Under the pieces are notes generated by a model. The model was given only the letters and a program-made list of their open reading frames with translations. It made no database searches and was not told the origin of the DNA. Both the position numbers and the translations under genes were made by a program. From positions 1,174 to 65,173 of the forward strand of contig JAHHQQ010000010.1 in assembly GCA_020026275.1 (NCBI GenBank): a stretch of 64,000 nt of DNA, written 5' to 3'. Positions 1 through 9,478 of this stretch are shown piece by piece; within the stretch, counting starts at the first letter, position 1, and each line of letters starts with the position of its first letter. The stretch comes from Bacteroidales bacterium. Lineage in GTDB: Bacteria > Bacteroidota > Bacteroidia > Bacteroidales > UBA932.

Positions 1-2
1 GG

Positions 3-461
3 GATGAACTCAACTTTTCGTTCGGTTACACCACGGAGATATCGTTGGGACGCCTGCTGGCCGCTTTCTTCCTGATCAACATCATCCTCTGCGTAATGGG
101 CACCTTCTGGTATCGTGTACGTATGCGACGCGAGGAAATAGGTGTCCGTATGGCTATGGGTGCTGACAAGAAGCGGATAATGTGGATGCTCTTCAAGGAG
201 GGGCTGGTGCTGCTCTCTGTCGCGGCTGTACCTGCGGTATTGATTGCCTTGCAGCTGGTGATTGCCGGAGTGGTGGACTACGGTTCAGTGCCAAGCGGTA
301 CACTGCATCCAGAATATATTATCGATTACCCGGCTGCGCGTTTCCTGATTGGCAACCTGATTACTTGGCTGATCCTGGCCCTGACGATTGTGGCATCCAT
401 CTGGATACCGGCCGGCAAGGCGGTCCAGCAGACTCCAGCCGATGCACTGCGTGACGAATGA
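3..461 (+). CDS. ABC transporter permease, FtsX/MacB family (5'-truncated by window edge)
   Basis: Frame is open from base 3. Has RREEIGVRMAMGA, hydrophobic TM segments and the C-terminal IPA...PADALRDE signature. Confidence 0.9.
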   Translation, partial: DELNFSFGYTTEISLGRLLAAFFLINIILCVMGTFWYRVRMRREEIGVRMAMGADKKRIMWMLFKEGLVLLSVAAVPAVLIALQLVIAGVVDYGSVPSGTLHPEYIIDYPAARFLIGNLITWLILALTIVASIWIPAGKAVQQTPADALRDE

Positions 462-1936
462 TGAAGAAGCACATCTGTTTGACCCTCGTACTGCTGGCAC
501 TGACCGGCAGTACGCTCGTAGCGGGCGAGCGGGTCATCACCCTGGAAGAGGTCATCGCTATGGCCCGTACCCGCAGTGTCGATGCCGCCGTGGCGCTGAA
601 TGAACTGAAGACCGCCTATTGGGAGTACCGGACGTTCAAGGCGGACCTGCTTCCGGAGGTGAATTTCTCGGCTTCGGTTCCGAGTTATAACAAGAACTAC
701 AGTTCCTATCAGTTGGATGACGGATCCTATACTTTCGTCCCGAATAACTACCTGGGACTCAACGAAACGCTTTCCATCGACCAGAACATTTGGTTTACGG
801 GAGGTACGCTTTCGCTGGCCACGTCTCTGGATTACATGATGCAGCTCGATGGCAACCGCGACCGGCGTTTCATGTCCGTCCCGGTGGCGCTGACCTTGAG
901 CCAACCGCTTTTCAGCGTGAACCATACCAAGTGGAAGCGCAAGATCGAACCGGTTCGCTATGAAGAAGCGAAGGCTTCCTTCATTTCAGCGACGGAGGAG
1001 GTGACGATGAAGGCTATCAGCCATTTCTTCAATCTGCTGTTGGCGAAGGAAAGTGTGCTGATTTCCCGGCAGAATCTGGAGAATGCGGAAAAACTGTATG
1101 AGGTGGCTGTCGCCAAGCGCGAAATGGGGCAGATCAGTGAAAATGATTTGCGGCAGCTGGAACTGAACGTGCTGGAAGCGAAGTCCAGACTGACGGACAA
1201 TGAAAGTGAGCTGAAGAGCAAGATGTTTTCCTTGCGGTCGTTTCTGGCGCTCAGTAGTGACGAATCGCTGGATCCTGAACTGCCTGCCTCGCTTCCTGAG
1301 TTCCAGCTGCGCTATTCGGATGTGCTGGAAAAGGCACTGGCAAACAATTCGTTTGTCAAGAATATCCGGAGACGTCAGCTGGAAGCAGATTATGCCGTTG
1401 CTGCTGCAAAGGGAGAGCGTACGCAGATTGATCTGTTCGTCCAGTTCGGAATGACGGATACCGATCGCAAGATTGCAGGGGCATATCAGCAGATGAAGAT
1501 GAACCAGGTGGTTCAGGTCGGTCTGGAGATTCCTATTCTGGATTGGGGCAAACGGAAAGGCAAGGTCAAGGTGGCTGAAAGCAACCGGGAGGTCGTGCGG
1601 AGCAGACTGCAGCAGGAGGAACAGGATTTCCAGCAGGACCTCTTCATCCTGGTGGAGCATTTCAACAATCAGCAGGAGCAGTTGCAGCTGGCTTCAAAAG
1701 CTGATGAGATTGCACAGAAGCGTTATGACACGAATGTGGAAACGTTCATGATCGGGAAAATCTCGACGCTGGACCTGAACGATTCACAGAGCCGGAAGGA
1801 TGAGGCCCGTCAGAAATATATCCAGGAGCTGTTCTACTACTGGTACTATTATTATCAGATCCGGAGCCTGACGTTGTGGGACTTCGTGCAGGACACGAAC
1901 ATCGATGCAGATTTTGAAAACCTCATCCACCGCTAA
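458..1936 (+). CDS. TolC-family outer membrane efflux protein
   Basis: Signal peptide, ITLEEVIAMA start, two OEP-like halves (LSQPLF; IPILDWGKRKG). ATGA overlap with the permease. Confidence 0.9.
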   Translation: MMKKHICLTLVLLALTGSTLVAGERVITLEEVIAMARTRSVDAAVALNELKTAYWEYRTFKADLLPEVNFSASVPSYNKNYSSYQLDDGSYTFVPNNYLGLNETLSIDQNIWFTGGTLSLATSLDYMMQLDGNRDRRFMSVPVALTLSQPLFSVNHTKWKRKIEPVRYEEAKASFISATEEVTMKAISHFFNLLLAKESVLISRQNLENAEKLYEVAVAKREMGQISENDLRQLELNVLEAKSRLTDNESELKSKMFSLRSFLALSSDESLDPELPASLPEFQLRYSDVLEKALANNSFVKNIRRRQLEADYAVAAAKGERTQIDLFVQFGMTDTDRKIAGAYQQMKMNQVVQVGLEIPILDWGKRKGKVKVAESNREVVRSRLQQEEQDFQQDLFILVEHFNNQQEQLQLASKADEIAQKRYDTNVETFMIGKISTLDLNDSQSRKDEARQKYIQELFYYWYYYYQIRSLTLWDFVQDTNIDADFENLIHR

Positions 1937-1951
1937 TTCGGATTATTCTCG

Positions 1952-1959
1952 TACATTTG
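1952..1959 (+). promoter_or_regulatory. Bacteroidetes -7 promoter element TACATTTG, ending 4 nt before the ATG
   Basis: Exact TAnnTTTG match in the 27-bp gap upstream of the response regulator. Confidence 0.55.
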
Positions 1960-1963
1960 TGAT

Positions 1964-3310
1964 ATGATATTGATTATAGATGATGACAGTGCGGTCCGCT
2001 CTTCTCTGAAGTTGCTGCTGAAGCACGCCAAATATACTGCAAAAGCCGTTGCCTCCCCTGAAGAGGCAATCGATGTGGTACGCCAGGAAGTGCCGCAGCT
2101 GATTCTTATGGATATGAATTTCTCCCTTTCGACTGATGGTCGTGAAGGGTTGAATCTTCTCAGGCAGGTGAAGGTCTTCTGTCCGGAAGTGCCGGTCATT
2201 CTGATGACGGCCTGGGGCAGCATCGATCTGGCAGTTCAGGGCATGCAGAAAGGAGCGTTCGATTTCATCACGAAGCCATGGGAGAACATGTTGCTGTTGC
2301 AGCGGATAGAGACGGCATTGCAGCTGTCAGGACGGAAGGATATCGCCGAGGAGGCTGCCGGATTCGACCGGGCAGGTATTGTCGGAGAGAGCGCTGCGAT
2401 GCAGGAGATTTTCAAGGTGATCCGTAGAATTGCTCCGACGAATGCTCCGGTGTTGATCACCGGAGAGAGCGGAACGGGCAAGGAACTGGTCGCTGAAGCC
2501 ATTTACCGCAACAGCCGACGCGGCGGGGAGCCGTTCGTGAAGGTGAACCTTGGAGGCATCTCGCAGTCTCTTTTCGAGAGTGAGATGTTCGGTCACCGGA
2601 AGGGGGCTTTTACGGATGCGACGAGTGACCGTACCGGCCGTTTCACCCTGGCAGACCGGGGAACGATTTTCCTGGACGAATTGGGAGAATTGGATCTGAG
2701 GTCTCAGACGAAGATGTTGCGTGTCCTTCAGGAGCAGACTTTTGAAGTGCTGGGGGACAGTCGTCCGCATAAAGTGGATGTCCGTGTCATCTGCGCGACC
2801 AATGCTGATCTGGCCGAAATGGTACAGAAGAAGACTTTCCGTGAAGATCTGTATTATCGTGTGAATTTGATTACCATTCATCTCCCTGCACTTCGGGAGC
2901 GTAGGGAGGACATTCCTCTGCTGGTGAACCATTTCGTGCAGGATTTCTGCCGTAGGAACGATTTGGCTGTTCCTGAGATTTCCGCTGGGGCCATGACTTA
3001 TCTTTCCGGACTGTCTTATCCGGGAAATATCCGTGAATTGAAAAATTTCGTGGAGCGGACCTTGCTGGTCTGTGGCAAGGACGTGCTGGATGCAGAGGAT
3101 TTCCGCAGCCAGTATCAGCCGGTTCCGGTTTCAGGAGATACTGGTGATAATCTGTCTCTGGAAGGAATGACACTGGAGGAGGTCGAGCGGAAAGCGATTC
3201 TGGATGCGCTGGAAAAATACAATCACAATCTTTCACAGGTGGCGCTGGCTCTGGGGATTTCCCGTCAGTCGCTGTACCGGAGAATTGAAAAGCTGGGGAT
3301 CCGATTATGA
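1964..3310 (+). CDS. Sigma-54-dependent response regulator (NtrC/AtoC family)
   Basis: Receiver domain (ILIIDDD...LMDMNF), AAA+ GESGTGKE and GAFTDA, C-terminal Fis-type HTH (LGISRQSLYRR). Confidence 0.95.
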   Translation: MILIIDDDSAVRSSLKLLLKHAKYTAKAVASPEEAIDVVRQEVPQLILMDMNFSLSTDGREGLNLLRQVKVFCPEVPVILMTAWGSIDLAVQGMQKGAFDFITKPWENMLLLQRIETALQLSGRKDIAEEAAGFDRAGIVGESAAMQEIFKVIRRIAPTNAPVLITGESGTGKELVAEAIYRNSRRGGEPFVKVNLGGISQSLFESEMFGHRKGAFTDATSDRTGRFTLADRGTIFLDELGELDLRSQTKMLRVLQEQTFEVLGDSRPHKVDVRVICATNADLAEMVQKKTFREDLYYRVNLITIHLPALRERREDIPLLVNHFVQDFCRRNDLAVPEISAGAMTYLSGLSYPGNIRELKNFVERTLLVCGKDVLDAEDFRSQYQPVPVSGDTGDNLSLEGMTLEEVERKAILDALEKYNHNLSQVALALGISRQSLYRRIEKLGIRL

Positions 3311-4650
3311 AACTGAAAACGCTGTTCTGGGTATTGGTCACTCTGCTGGTGGCGGTAGAAGCGTTGTTGCTGGTCCTGTCTGTCTATCTGGACGGTCAGG
3401 GGAACTGGCTTCTTTTTTCCGCAGAGGGACTGATTATCTGTATTGCGTTTTATCTGTTCTTTTTTTTCCGTAAGGTGGTCAAGCCGATGGAAAGTATCGC
3501 GAAGGGAATGGACCTGCTCCGCGAACAGGATTACAGCAGCAGTCTCAGACCGGTGGGTCAGAAGGAGGCGGACCGTATCGTCGATGTGTTCAACCGGATG
3601 ATGGCGCAGATGAAGGATGAACGGGCACATCTGCATGAGCAGAATCATCTGTTGGATCTGCTGGTCGATGAATCTCCGATGGGAGTAATCATGCTGGATT
3701 TTGACGGAAAGATGACAATGCTGAACAGGGCGGCTTTGCGCTTTCTGAATATACCTTCCCAGAACGAACTGATTGGCAGAATGTTGGAAGAGGTTCAGCT
3801 TCCTCTGCTGGAGGAGATTGTCCGGATTCCGGCCGGGGAAACGGAGACGGTTCGTCTGAGTGATGCCAAGATCTACCGGTGTTCCCGTCTGTCTTTCATG
3901 GATCGGGGCTTTTCACATCCTTTCATTCTGATCGAGAGTCTGACTTCGGAGGTGGTGAAAGCCGAGAAGAAGGCTTATGAGAAGGTGATCCGGATGATTG
4001 CGCATGAGGTGAACAATACGGTGGGCGGTATCGGGTCCGCCATGGAGACGATGCAGGAAATGCTGGGAAACTCGGAGGGCGACCTGGATCTCAAGGAGAT
4101 GATGTCAGTCTGCATCGAGCGGAGCCAGAGCATGAGCCGTTTCATCACAAAGTTCGCCGACGTAGTGAAGATTCCGGAGCCTAAACTTTCGAAGGTATCT
4201 TTGAACGATGTGGTAACGGGTTGCCGGTCTTTCATGGAAACACTGGGACAGGGACGGTCTGTTGATTTCCGATTCCAACTTTGTCCGGAGAACCCCGAGG
4301 TGATGCTGGATACGGTACTGTTCGAACAGGTACTGGTCAATATTGTGAAGAATGCGGTGGAAAGTTTCTCTTCTGACGATGAAGAACGCATCATTTCCAT
4401 CCAGACGACCGTGGCACTCGGGGAGGGGGAAACCGGTTCACCCATTTTGGTCGTTGCCGACAACGGCGCACCGATTCCCCGTGATACGGAAACCAAACTC
4501 TTCACTCCGTTTTTCTCAACGAAGCCGAAGGGACAGGGAATTGGTCTGCTGCTGATTCGTGAGGTTCTCTACCGTCATGGCTGCACCTTCTCTCTGCGTA
4601 CCGATGCCGACGGCTGGACACGTTTCTGCATTTCTGATTTCTCGCAATAA
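3307..4650 (+). CDS. PAS-domain sensor histidine kinase
   Basis: Two TM helices, PAS-like segment, H-box MIAHEVNN, N-box NIVKNAVE, G-boxes DNG and FFSTKPKGQGIGL. Confidence 0.95.
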   Translation: MKLKTLFWVLVTLLVAVEALLLVLSVYLDGQGNWLLFSAEGLIICIAFYLFFFFRKVVKPMESIAKGMDLLREQDYSSSLRPVGQKEADRIVDVFNRMMAQMKDERAHLHEQNHLLDLLVDESPMGVIMLDFDGKMTMLNRAALRFLNIPSQNELIGRMLEEVQLPLLEEIVRIPAGETETVRLSDAKIYRCSRLSFMDRGFSHPFILIESLTSEVVKAEKKAYEKVIRMIAHEVNNTVGGIGSAMETMQEMLGNSEGDLDLKEMMSVCIERSQSMSRFITKFADVVKIPEPKLSKVSLNDVVTGCRSFMETLGQGRSVDFRFQLCPENPEVMLDTVLFEQVLVNIVKNAVESFSSDDEERIISIQTTVALGEGETGSPILVVADNGAPIPRDTETKLFTPFFSTKPKGQGIGLLLIREVLYRHGCTFSLRTDADGWTRFCISDFSQ

Positions 4651-4775
4651 TTTCTTTCCCAATGGGCGTTGCCTTGGTGATTCCTTTCACTTGAATGACG
4701 CTGGATGGCAATATCCTGTTGCCAAGTTGTCTGCATCCACTTTTACGCCGGATAGTCGGATAGGGGATATAAAAC

Positions 4776-4809
4776 AAAAAAGGTTATCGGAATTTCGATA
4801 ACCTTTTTT
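4776..4809. terminator. Bidirectional intrinsic terminator
   Basis: aaaaaaggttatcg / cgataacctttttt inverted repeat between the convergent kinase and rplS-tRNA units. Confidence 0.85.
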
Positions 4810-4810
4810 G

Positions 4811-4884
4811 TGACTCCAACAGGATTCAAACCTGTAACCTTTTGATCCGTAGTCAAATGCTCTATTCAGTTGAGCTATGGAGCC
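4811..4884 (-). tRNA. tRNA-Arg(ACG)
   Basis: Reverse complement folds as a cloverleaf: GGCTCCA/TGGAGTC acceptor, TTTGA-CT-ACG-GA-TCAAA anticodon arm, ACAGG-TTTGAAT-CCTGT T-arm. CCA not encoded. Confidence 0.95.
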
Positions 4885-4908
4885 AATATATAGTTTATAA
4901 CTATTTTA

Positions 4909-5274
4909 CTATTTGCCAGAGAATGTCTTCTCTTTGATTCTGGCCTTCTTACCAGAAAGTTGTCTGAGGTAGAAGATTCTTGCTCTACGAACTTTACCAA
5001 TCTTGTTGAGTTCGATTGATTCGATGAATGGAGACTCGAATGGGAAGATTCTCTCAACACCTACGCCACTGGCGATTTTACGGATGGTGAAAGTCTTTGT
5101 CTGAGCTTTGCAGCCTCTGATCTGGAGAACTACACCTCTAAACTTCTGAAGTCTCTCTTTGTCACCCTCTTTGATTCTGTAGGTGACGGTAATGGTGTCA
5201 CCTGCTTTGAATTTTGGGAATTCTCTTGCATTCTCCTGTGCGAATGCATCTTCTACAATCTTAATTAAATCCAT
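4909..5274 (-). CDS. rplS: 50S ribosomal protein L19
   Basis: FPKFKAGDT...GVGVERIFP...GKVRRARIFYLR motifs. Confidence 0.98.
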   Translation of the reverse strand: MDLIKIVEDAFAQENAREFPKFKAGDTITVTYRIKEGDKERLQKFRGVVLQIRGCKAQTKTFTIRKIASGVGVERIFPFESPFIESIELNKIGKVRRARIFYLRQLSGKKARIKEKTFSGK

Positions 5275-5340
5275 AACTCTTTATTTCAATTTGCGCAACT
5301 TTACCAATTCTGTAAGAGGTTGCATGGTTAATTGGGATTG

Positions 5341-5348
5341 CAAAGGTA
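5341..5348 (-). promoter_or_regulatory. -7 promoter element TACCTTTG of the rplS-tRNA unit
   Basis: TAnnTTTG match about 66 nt upstream of the rplS ATG. Confidence 0.7.
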
Positions 5349-5397
5349 AGTATAATTTTACCAAATGCAAATTATTTCAAGAAAATTTTCAAAGTTT

Positions 5398-6570
5398 TTA
5401 GAAATTTTCTTTCATCGTATCAAAAAGAGCCTTGTCTTCGTTGCTCAGGTTTGGCTTGAAGCTGTCTTTCATGCTGCTGATCATCTCTCTTTCCTTGCGG
5501 TCCAGTTTGCGTGGAATCCATACCAGCAGTTTCACGTAGAGGTCTCCCTTTCCGGAGCTGCGTCCGTAACTGTTGATGTTTGGAAGGCCACGTCCTTTCA
5601 GTTTGACGATCTTGCCGGACTGTACACCTGGATCCACCTTGAACTTGTAGGTGCCGTCAAGGCATGGAACGGATACTTCTGTTCCGAGGATGGCTTCGTC
5701 CAGTGAAAGTATCTTGGTGTAGAAGAGGTTGCTGCCTTTTCTGCGGAGCTGTGGATGAGTCTCCTCTTCAATCACGATGAGCAGGTCACCGTTGACTCCA
5801 TTGTGCTTGGCGCCATGACCTTCTCCGCGGATGTTGAGCTGCATGCCGTTCTCTACTCCTGCAGGAATGTTCACTCTTACTTTCTCTCTCTTTCTTACCA
5901 GACCGGTACCGCCACAGGAATGGCATGGGTGGTCAATGATCTTGCCTTCTCCGCCACAACGGGAGCAAGTGCTGTAGACCACACTCTGTCCGAAAAATGA
6001 ATTGGTGACTCTTTGCTCCTGGCCGCTTCCATGACAGTTAGGACAAGTCTTGATATCGCTTTCGTTCTTGGCTCCTTTACCGCCACATTCCGTACATGGC
6101 CTGTCTCTTTCGAGGCTGATTTCTTTGGCGCAGCCAGTGGCAATTTCTTCCAAAGTGAGTTTGACACGAGTTCTGATATCTCTTCCTCTATATACCTTCT
6201 GTTGCTGTTGGCCTCCTCCGAATCCGCCAAATCCTCCGAATCCGCTGAAATTGCCTCCGAACAGGTCGTTCAGAATATCATTGAGGTTGCCAAAGCCACC
6301 GCTGAAGTCAAATCCGCCGGCATTGCCACCCAGACCTGCCTGACCGAACTGGTCGTATTTCGCTCTCTTGTCAGGGTCGCTCAGCACAGAATAGGCTTCT
6401 GATGCTTCCTTGAAGTTTTCTTCTGCCGTCTTTTTCTCAGCATCTGTTCCGCTTACCCATCTGTCCGGATGCCATTTGAGCGCAGCCTTCCTGTAGGCTG
6501 ATTTGATGTCATCCGCAGAGGCACTCTTGCTGATGCCCAAGACTTCATAATAATCACGTTTCTCTGCCAT
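5398..6570 (-). CDS. dnaJ: Chaperone DnaJ
   Basis: J domain with HPD, G/F-rich linker, four CxxCxGxG repeats. Confidence 0.98.
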   Translation of the reverse strand: MAEKRDYYEVLGISKSASADDIKSAYRKAALKWHPDRWVSGTDAEKKTAEENFKEASEAYSVLSDPDKRAKYDQFGQAGLGGNAGGFDFSGGFGNLNDILNDLFGGNFSGFGGFGGFGGGQQQQKVYRGRDIRTRVKLTLEEIATGCAKEISLERDRPCTECGGKGAKNESDIKTCPNCHGSGQEQRVTNSFFGQSVVYSTCSRCGGEGKIIDHPCHSCGGTGLVRKREKVRVNIPAGVENGMQLNIRGEGHGAKHNGVNGDLLIVIEEETHPQLRRKGSNLFYTKILSLDEAILGTEVSVPCLDGTYKFKVDPGVQSGKIVKLKGRGLPNINSYGRSSGKGDLYVKLLVWIPRKLDRKEREMISSMKDSFKPNLSNEDKALFDTMKENF

Positions 6571-6612
6571 AATATTGCTAAAAAACTAAATTTTCAATCT
6601 TCATCCAATTAT

Positions 6613-7257
6613 TTACACACCTACAACGACTTTGGCATATCTGAGAACTTTTCCGTTGAGCAGGTATCCGGTTTCCACGACATCGTATACCATTCCTTTC
6701 TTGTCTTCTTCAGGAACAGGAAGCTGGGCGATGGCCTCGTGGAAGTCGGTGTCAAATTTGGCTCCCTTCGCTTCAATCTTCTCCAGACCTTTGCTCTTCA
6801 GGTAGGCCATCAGCTTGTTGTAAATCAGGCCGGTACCTTCTCTGGCGGCCTCATCGGAAGAGGTCTCCAGAATGGTCATGGCTCTTTCGCAGTCATCCAA
6901 TACAGGCAACAGGCCTTTGATGGTGTCGGCAGCGGCTGTGCTGACGATATCCAGTTTCTCCTGGGCGGTACGTCTTCTGAAATTTTCGAATTCTGCCATG
7001 AGACGGACATAGTCGTTCTTTTCATTCTGCAGTTTTTCGTTCAACGAAGCGATTTCTTCTTCCATTTTGGCAGCCTTGTCTTCTTTGGCAGACTTTTCCT
7101 CTGACTTTTTGTCATCCTTCTTGTCCTCTTTCTTCGCTTCCTGCTTCTCTTCTTTTTCAGTCTTTTCGACTTTCTTGTGCTTTACCTCCTGTGTGGATTT
7201 TTCTCCAGTCTCCACCTTATCTTTGGCTTCCTCAACCGTTTGGTTATGCTTTTTCAT
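6613..7257 (-). CDS. grpE: Nucleotide exchange factor GrpE
   Basis: RLMAEFENFRRR, LLPVLDD, FDTDFHEAI, GYLLNGKVLRYAKVVV. K/E-rich N-terminus. Confidence 0.97.
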   Translation of the reverse strand: MKKHNQTVEEAKDKVETGEKSTQEVKHKKVEKTEKEEKQEAKKEDKKDDKKSEEKSAKEDKAAKMEEEIASLNEKLQNEKNDYVRLMAEFENFRRRTAQEKLDIVSTAAADTIKGLLPVLDDCERAMTILETSSDEAAREGTGLIYNKLMAYLKSKGLEKIEAKGAKFDTDFHEAIAQLPVPEEDKKGMVYDVVETGYLLNGKVLRYAKVVVGV

Positions 7258-7464
7258 ATATCAATATTTTTATTTCCAATGTTCGACAGCCTGCAAAAAT
7301 AGGCATTATTTTACAATTTGCATTCTCATTTCCCGGAGCACTCCGGGGGAGTGAGCAAAGTTGTTCAATCAAATTGTCTGCCAGTGTGTTCTCGTGACAA
7401 TATGGCATGGAAAAGGATTGTTGGTATTTATTTATTTTATTTATAAGTTTGTTTCTGTTATATA

Positions 7465-9432
7465 ATGAATGAAACCATGAAATATAGTATCCGCGACAGG
7501 TCTGTCAGATGGTTGCTGTTTTGCATCTTGTCTGTTTTGTGTATCTTGTCCTGTAGTGAAGAAGAAGGAGAGCGCAGTCAGCTTCAAGTCAATATAAAAG
7601 TAGTCAATAGTCTTTCTGCTGGAATAGGAGATGAAATTACGTTTGATTGCTATACTTCTGGTGACACTCCTCAGATAGGGGATATTCTGGTCTTCCAGTC
7701 CGCTGGAACTTTTCAGGAATATGAGTTTCCCATCGTCCGTATCTGTGCCCGTTCGTTTTCGGTGCTGCTGAAAGAGAAAGTTTCTTCAGGTGAGTATGTC
7801 CTGCTGCTCCGGAGAGGGGATAGGGAACAGACTCTTGGAAAGATTTTTTTCAGGTTCATTGAGCGCCCTTTTGTTGAGGAGAAGGACGGATACAATGTTT
7901 ACGGGCAAATTGTCTGTGACGGAGCAGGGGTTCCGGGAGTGCTGGTCTCCGACGGCGTGGAGGTGGTCGAGACCGATCGGAATGGTGTCTACTATATTCG
8001 TTCCCAGAAAAAATATAACTATGTATGGTTTTCTGTGCCAAGTGGTTATGAGGCTCTTTCGAAAGGTGTCCTGCCCATTTTCTCCACTACTTTGGCAGCT
8101 TCTGTAGATGTCAATGAGAGGATTGATTTCGAATTGGTCAGGACAGACAACCGGGAATTCACCATGTATATTCTCGGTGACATGCACCTGGCCAACCGTA
8201 TCGGCGACCTCAAGCAGTTTGGTGATTTTGCAAAAGACTTGAACCGGACCATAGAGGATACCCCGGGCAAGGAATATGTCTTGACTCTCGGTGACATGAC
8301 TTGGGATCTGTATTGGTACAATGAGCGTTTCTGCTTCGATGAATATCTGGAGGTGGTCAATTCTTATTTCGAGAACATCCAGTTCTTTCACACTATGGGC
8401 AACCATGACAATGATTATGAACGTTTCGGGGACTTTGACAAGGAGATTCCCTATCGAGAGCATTTGACTCCTACCTTCTATTCCTATAATATAGGGGAGG
8501 TTCATTTTATTGTGATGGACAATATTGATTACAATGAAGTCGGTGCGGGTTCCAGTTTACGTTCTCATTATGTCACTGACATTACGGCGGACCAGATGAA
8601 CTGGTTGCGGAAAGACCTTTCTCATGTAGACAAGGATACCCCAATCGTTTTCTCTACCCATGCCCCGATTTTCCGTCCCGATCCAGTTCTCGGTTGGAAG
8701 GATGGCATGACAGGAGCCAATGCTGAAGGGGAGGCCAATACCAATGAACTGGTTGAAGCATTCAGAGGCTACACCGTTCATTTCTTTACGGGACATACCC
8801 ATAAGACTTTTGTTTATGACCGGCTGGAAGAGGATAGCTTCATGGAGCATAATGCTGGTTCTCTATGTGGTTCCTGGTGGTGGAGCGGACATCTTACTCC
8901 GGGCATCAATTTGGCCCCGGACGGTGCGCCAGGTGGTTATACGATCTTGACGGTCAAAGGCAAAGAGCTCAGTTGGCAGTATAAGGCGACAGGTTATCCA
9001 GTTTCTCATCAGTTCCATTCATATGATATGAATGAGGTGAGGAAAAGCGTGACCTTGTCCACGGGCGGCAACAAGCCGGGATTCGCCCCTTATGTCCAAT
9101 ATGTCAACAATCATCTGCCAAATTCCGTTCTGCTCAATATTTGGAACTGCGATCCGGCGTGGAAGATTTCCGTGAAGGAGAATGGGCATTCATTGGAAGT
9201 CAGGCAAGTGTATGATTATGATCCTTTGCATATTATTGCAATGACAGCCAAACGTTTTGCGACTGATGACAATCCAAATTTCTGTACAGAGTACTGGAAC
9301 CACTTCTTCGAGGTGCTGGCTTCTTCCGAAGACAGCGATCTGGAGATTGAGGTGACTGACCGCTTCGGCAATATATATAAGGAGTACATGCGGCGTCCGA
9401 AAGTGTTCACGACGCACCAATATCTTCCATAG
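7465..9432 (+). CDS. Calcineurin-like metallophosphoesterase, predicted lipoprotein
   Basis: Lipobox ILSC followed by acidic residues. GVLVSDG N-domain. Metal motifs GDMH, GDMTWD, GNHD, THAP, GHTH. Start may be 7477. Confidence 0.85.
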   Translation: MNETMKYSIRDRSVRWLLFCILSVLCILSCSEEEGERSQLQVNIKVVNSLSAGIGDEITFDCYTSGDTPQIGDILVFQSAGTFQEYEFPIVRICARSFSVLLKEKVSSGEYVLLLRRGDREQTLGKIFFRFIERPFVEEKDGYNVYGQIVCDGAGVPGVLVSDGVEVVETDRNGVYYIRSQKKYNYVWFSVPSGYEALSKGVLPIFSTTLAASVDVNERIDFELVRTDNREFTMYILGDMHLANRIGDLKQFGDFAKDLNRTIEDTPGKEYVLTLGDMTWDLYWYNERFCFDEYLEVVNSYFENIQFFHTMGNHDNDYERFGDFDKEIPYREHLTPTFYSYNIGEVHFIVMDNIDYNEVGAGSSLRSHYVTDITADQMNWLRKDLSHVDKDTPIVFSTHAPIFRPDPVLGWKDGMTGANAEGEANTNELVEAFRGYTVHFFTGHTHKTFVYDRLEEDSFMEHNAGSLCGSWWWSGHLTPGINLAPDGAPGGYTILTVKGKELSWQYKATGYPVSHQFHSYDMNEVRKSVTLSTGGNKPGFAPYVQYVNNHLPNSVLLNIWNCDPAWKISVKENGHSLEVRQVYDYDPLHIIAMTAKRFATDDNPNFCTEYWNHFFEVLASSEDSDLEIEVTDRFGNIYKEYMRRPKVFTTHQYLP

Positions 9433-9478
9433 ACGAGGTCTGCAAAATCGTTTTCCATCGTAAACTGACAGACATTAA

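Noticed and set aside
4811..4884. tRNA T-loop TTTGAAT instead of TTCGAAT, and no encoded CCA
   Set aside because: Stems are intact and both traits occur in functional Bacteroidetes tRNAs; not evidence of a pseudo-tRNA.
5398..7257. grpE-dnaJ without dnaK or hrcA
   Set aside because: Usual arrangement in Bacteroidetes.
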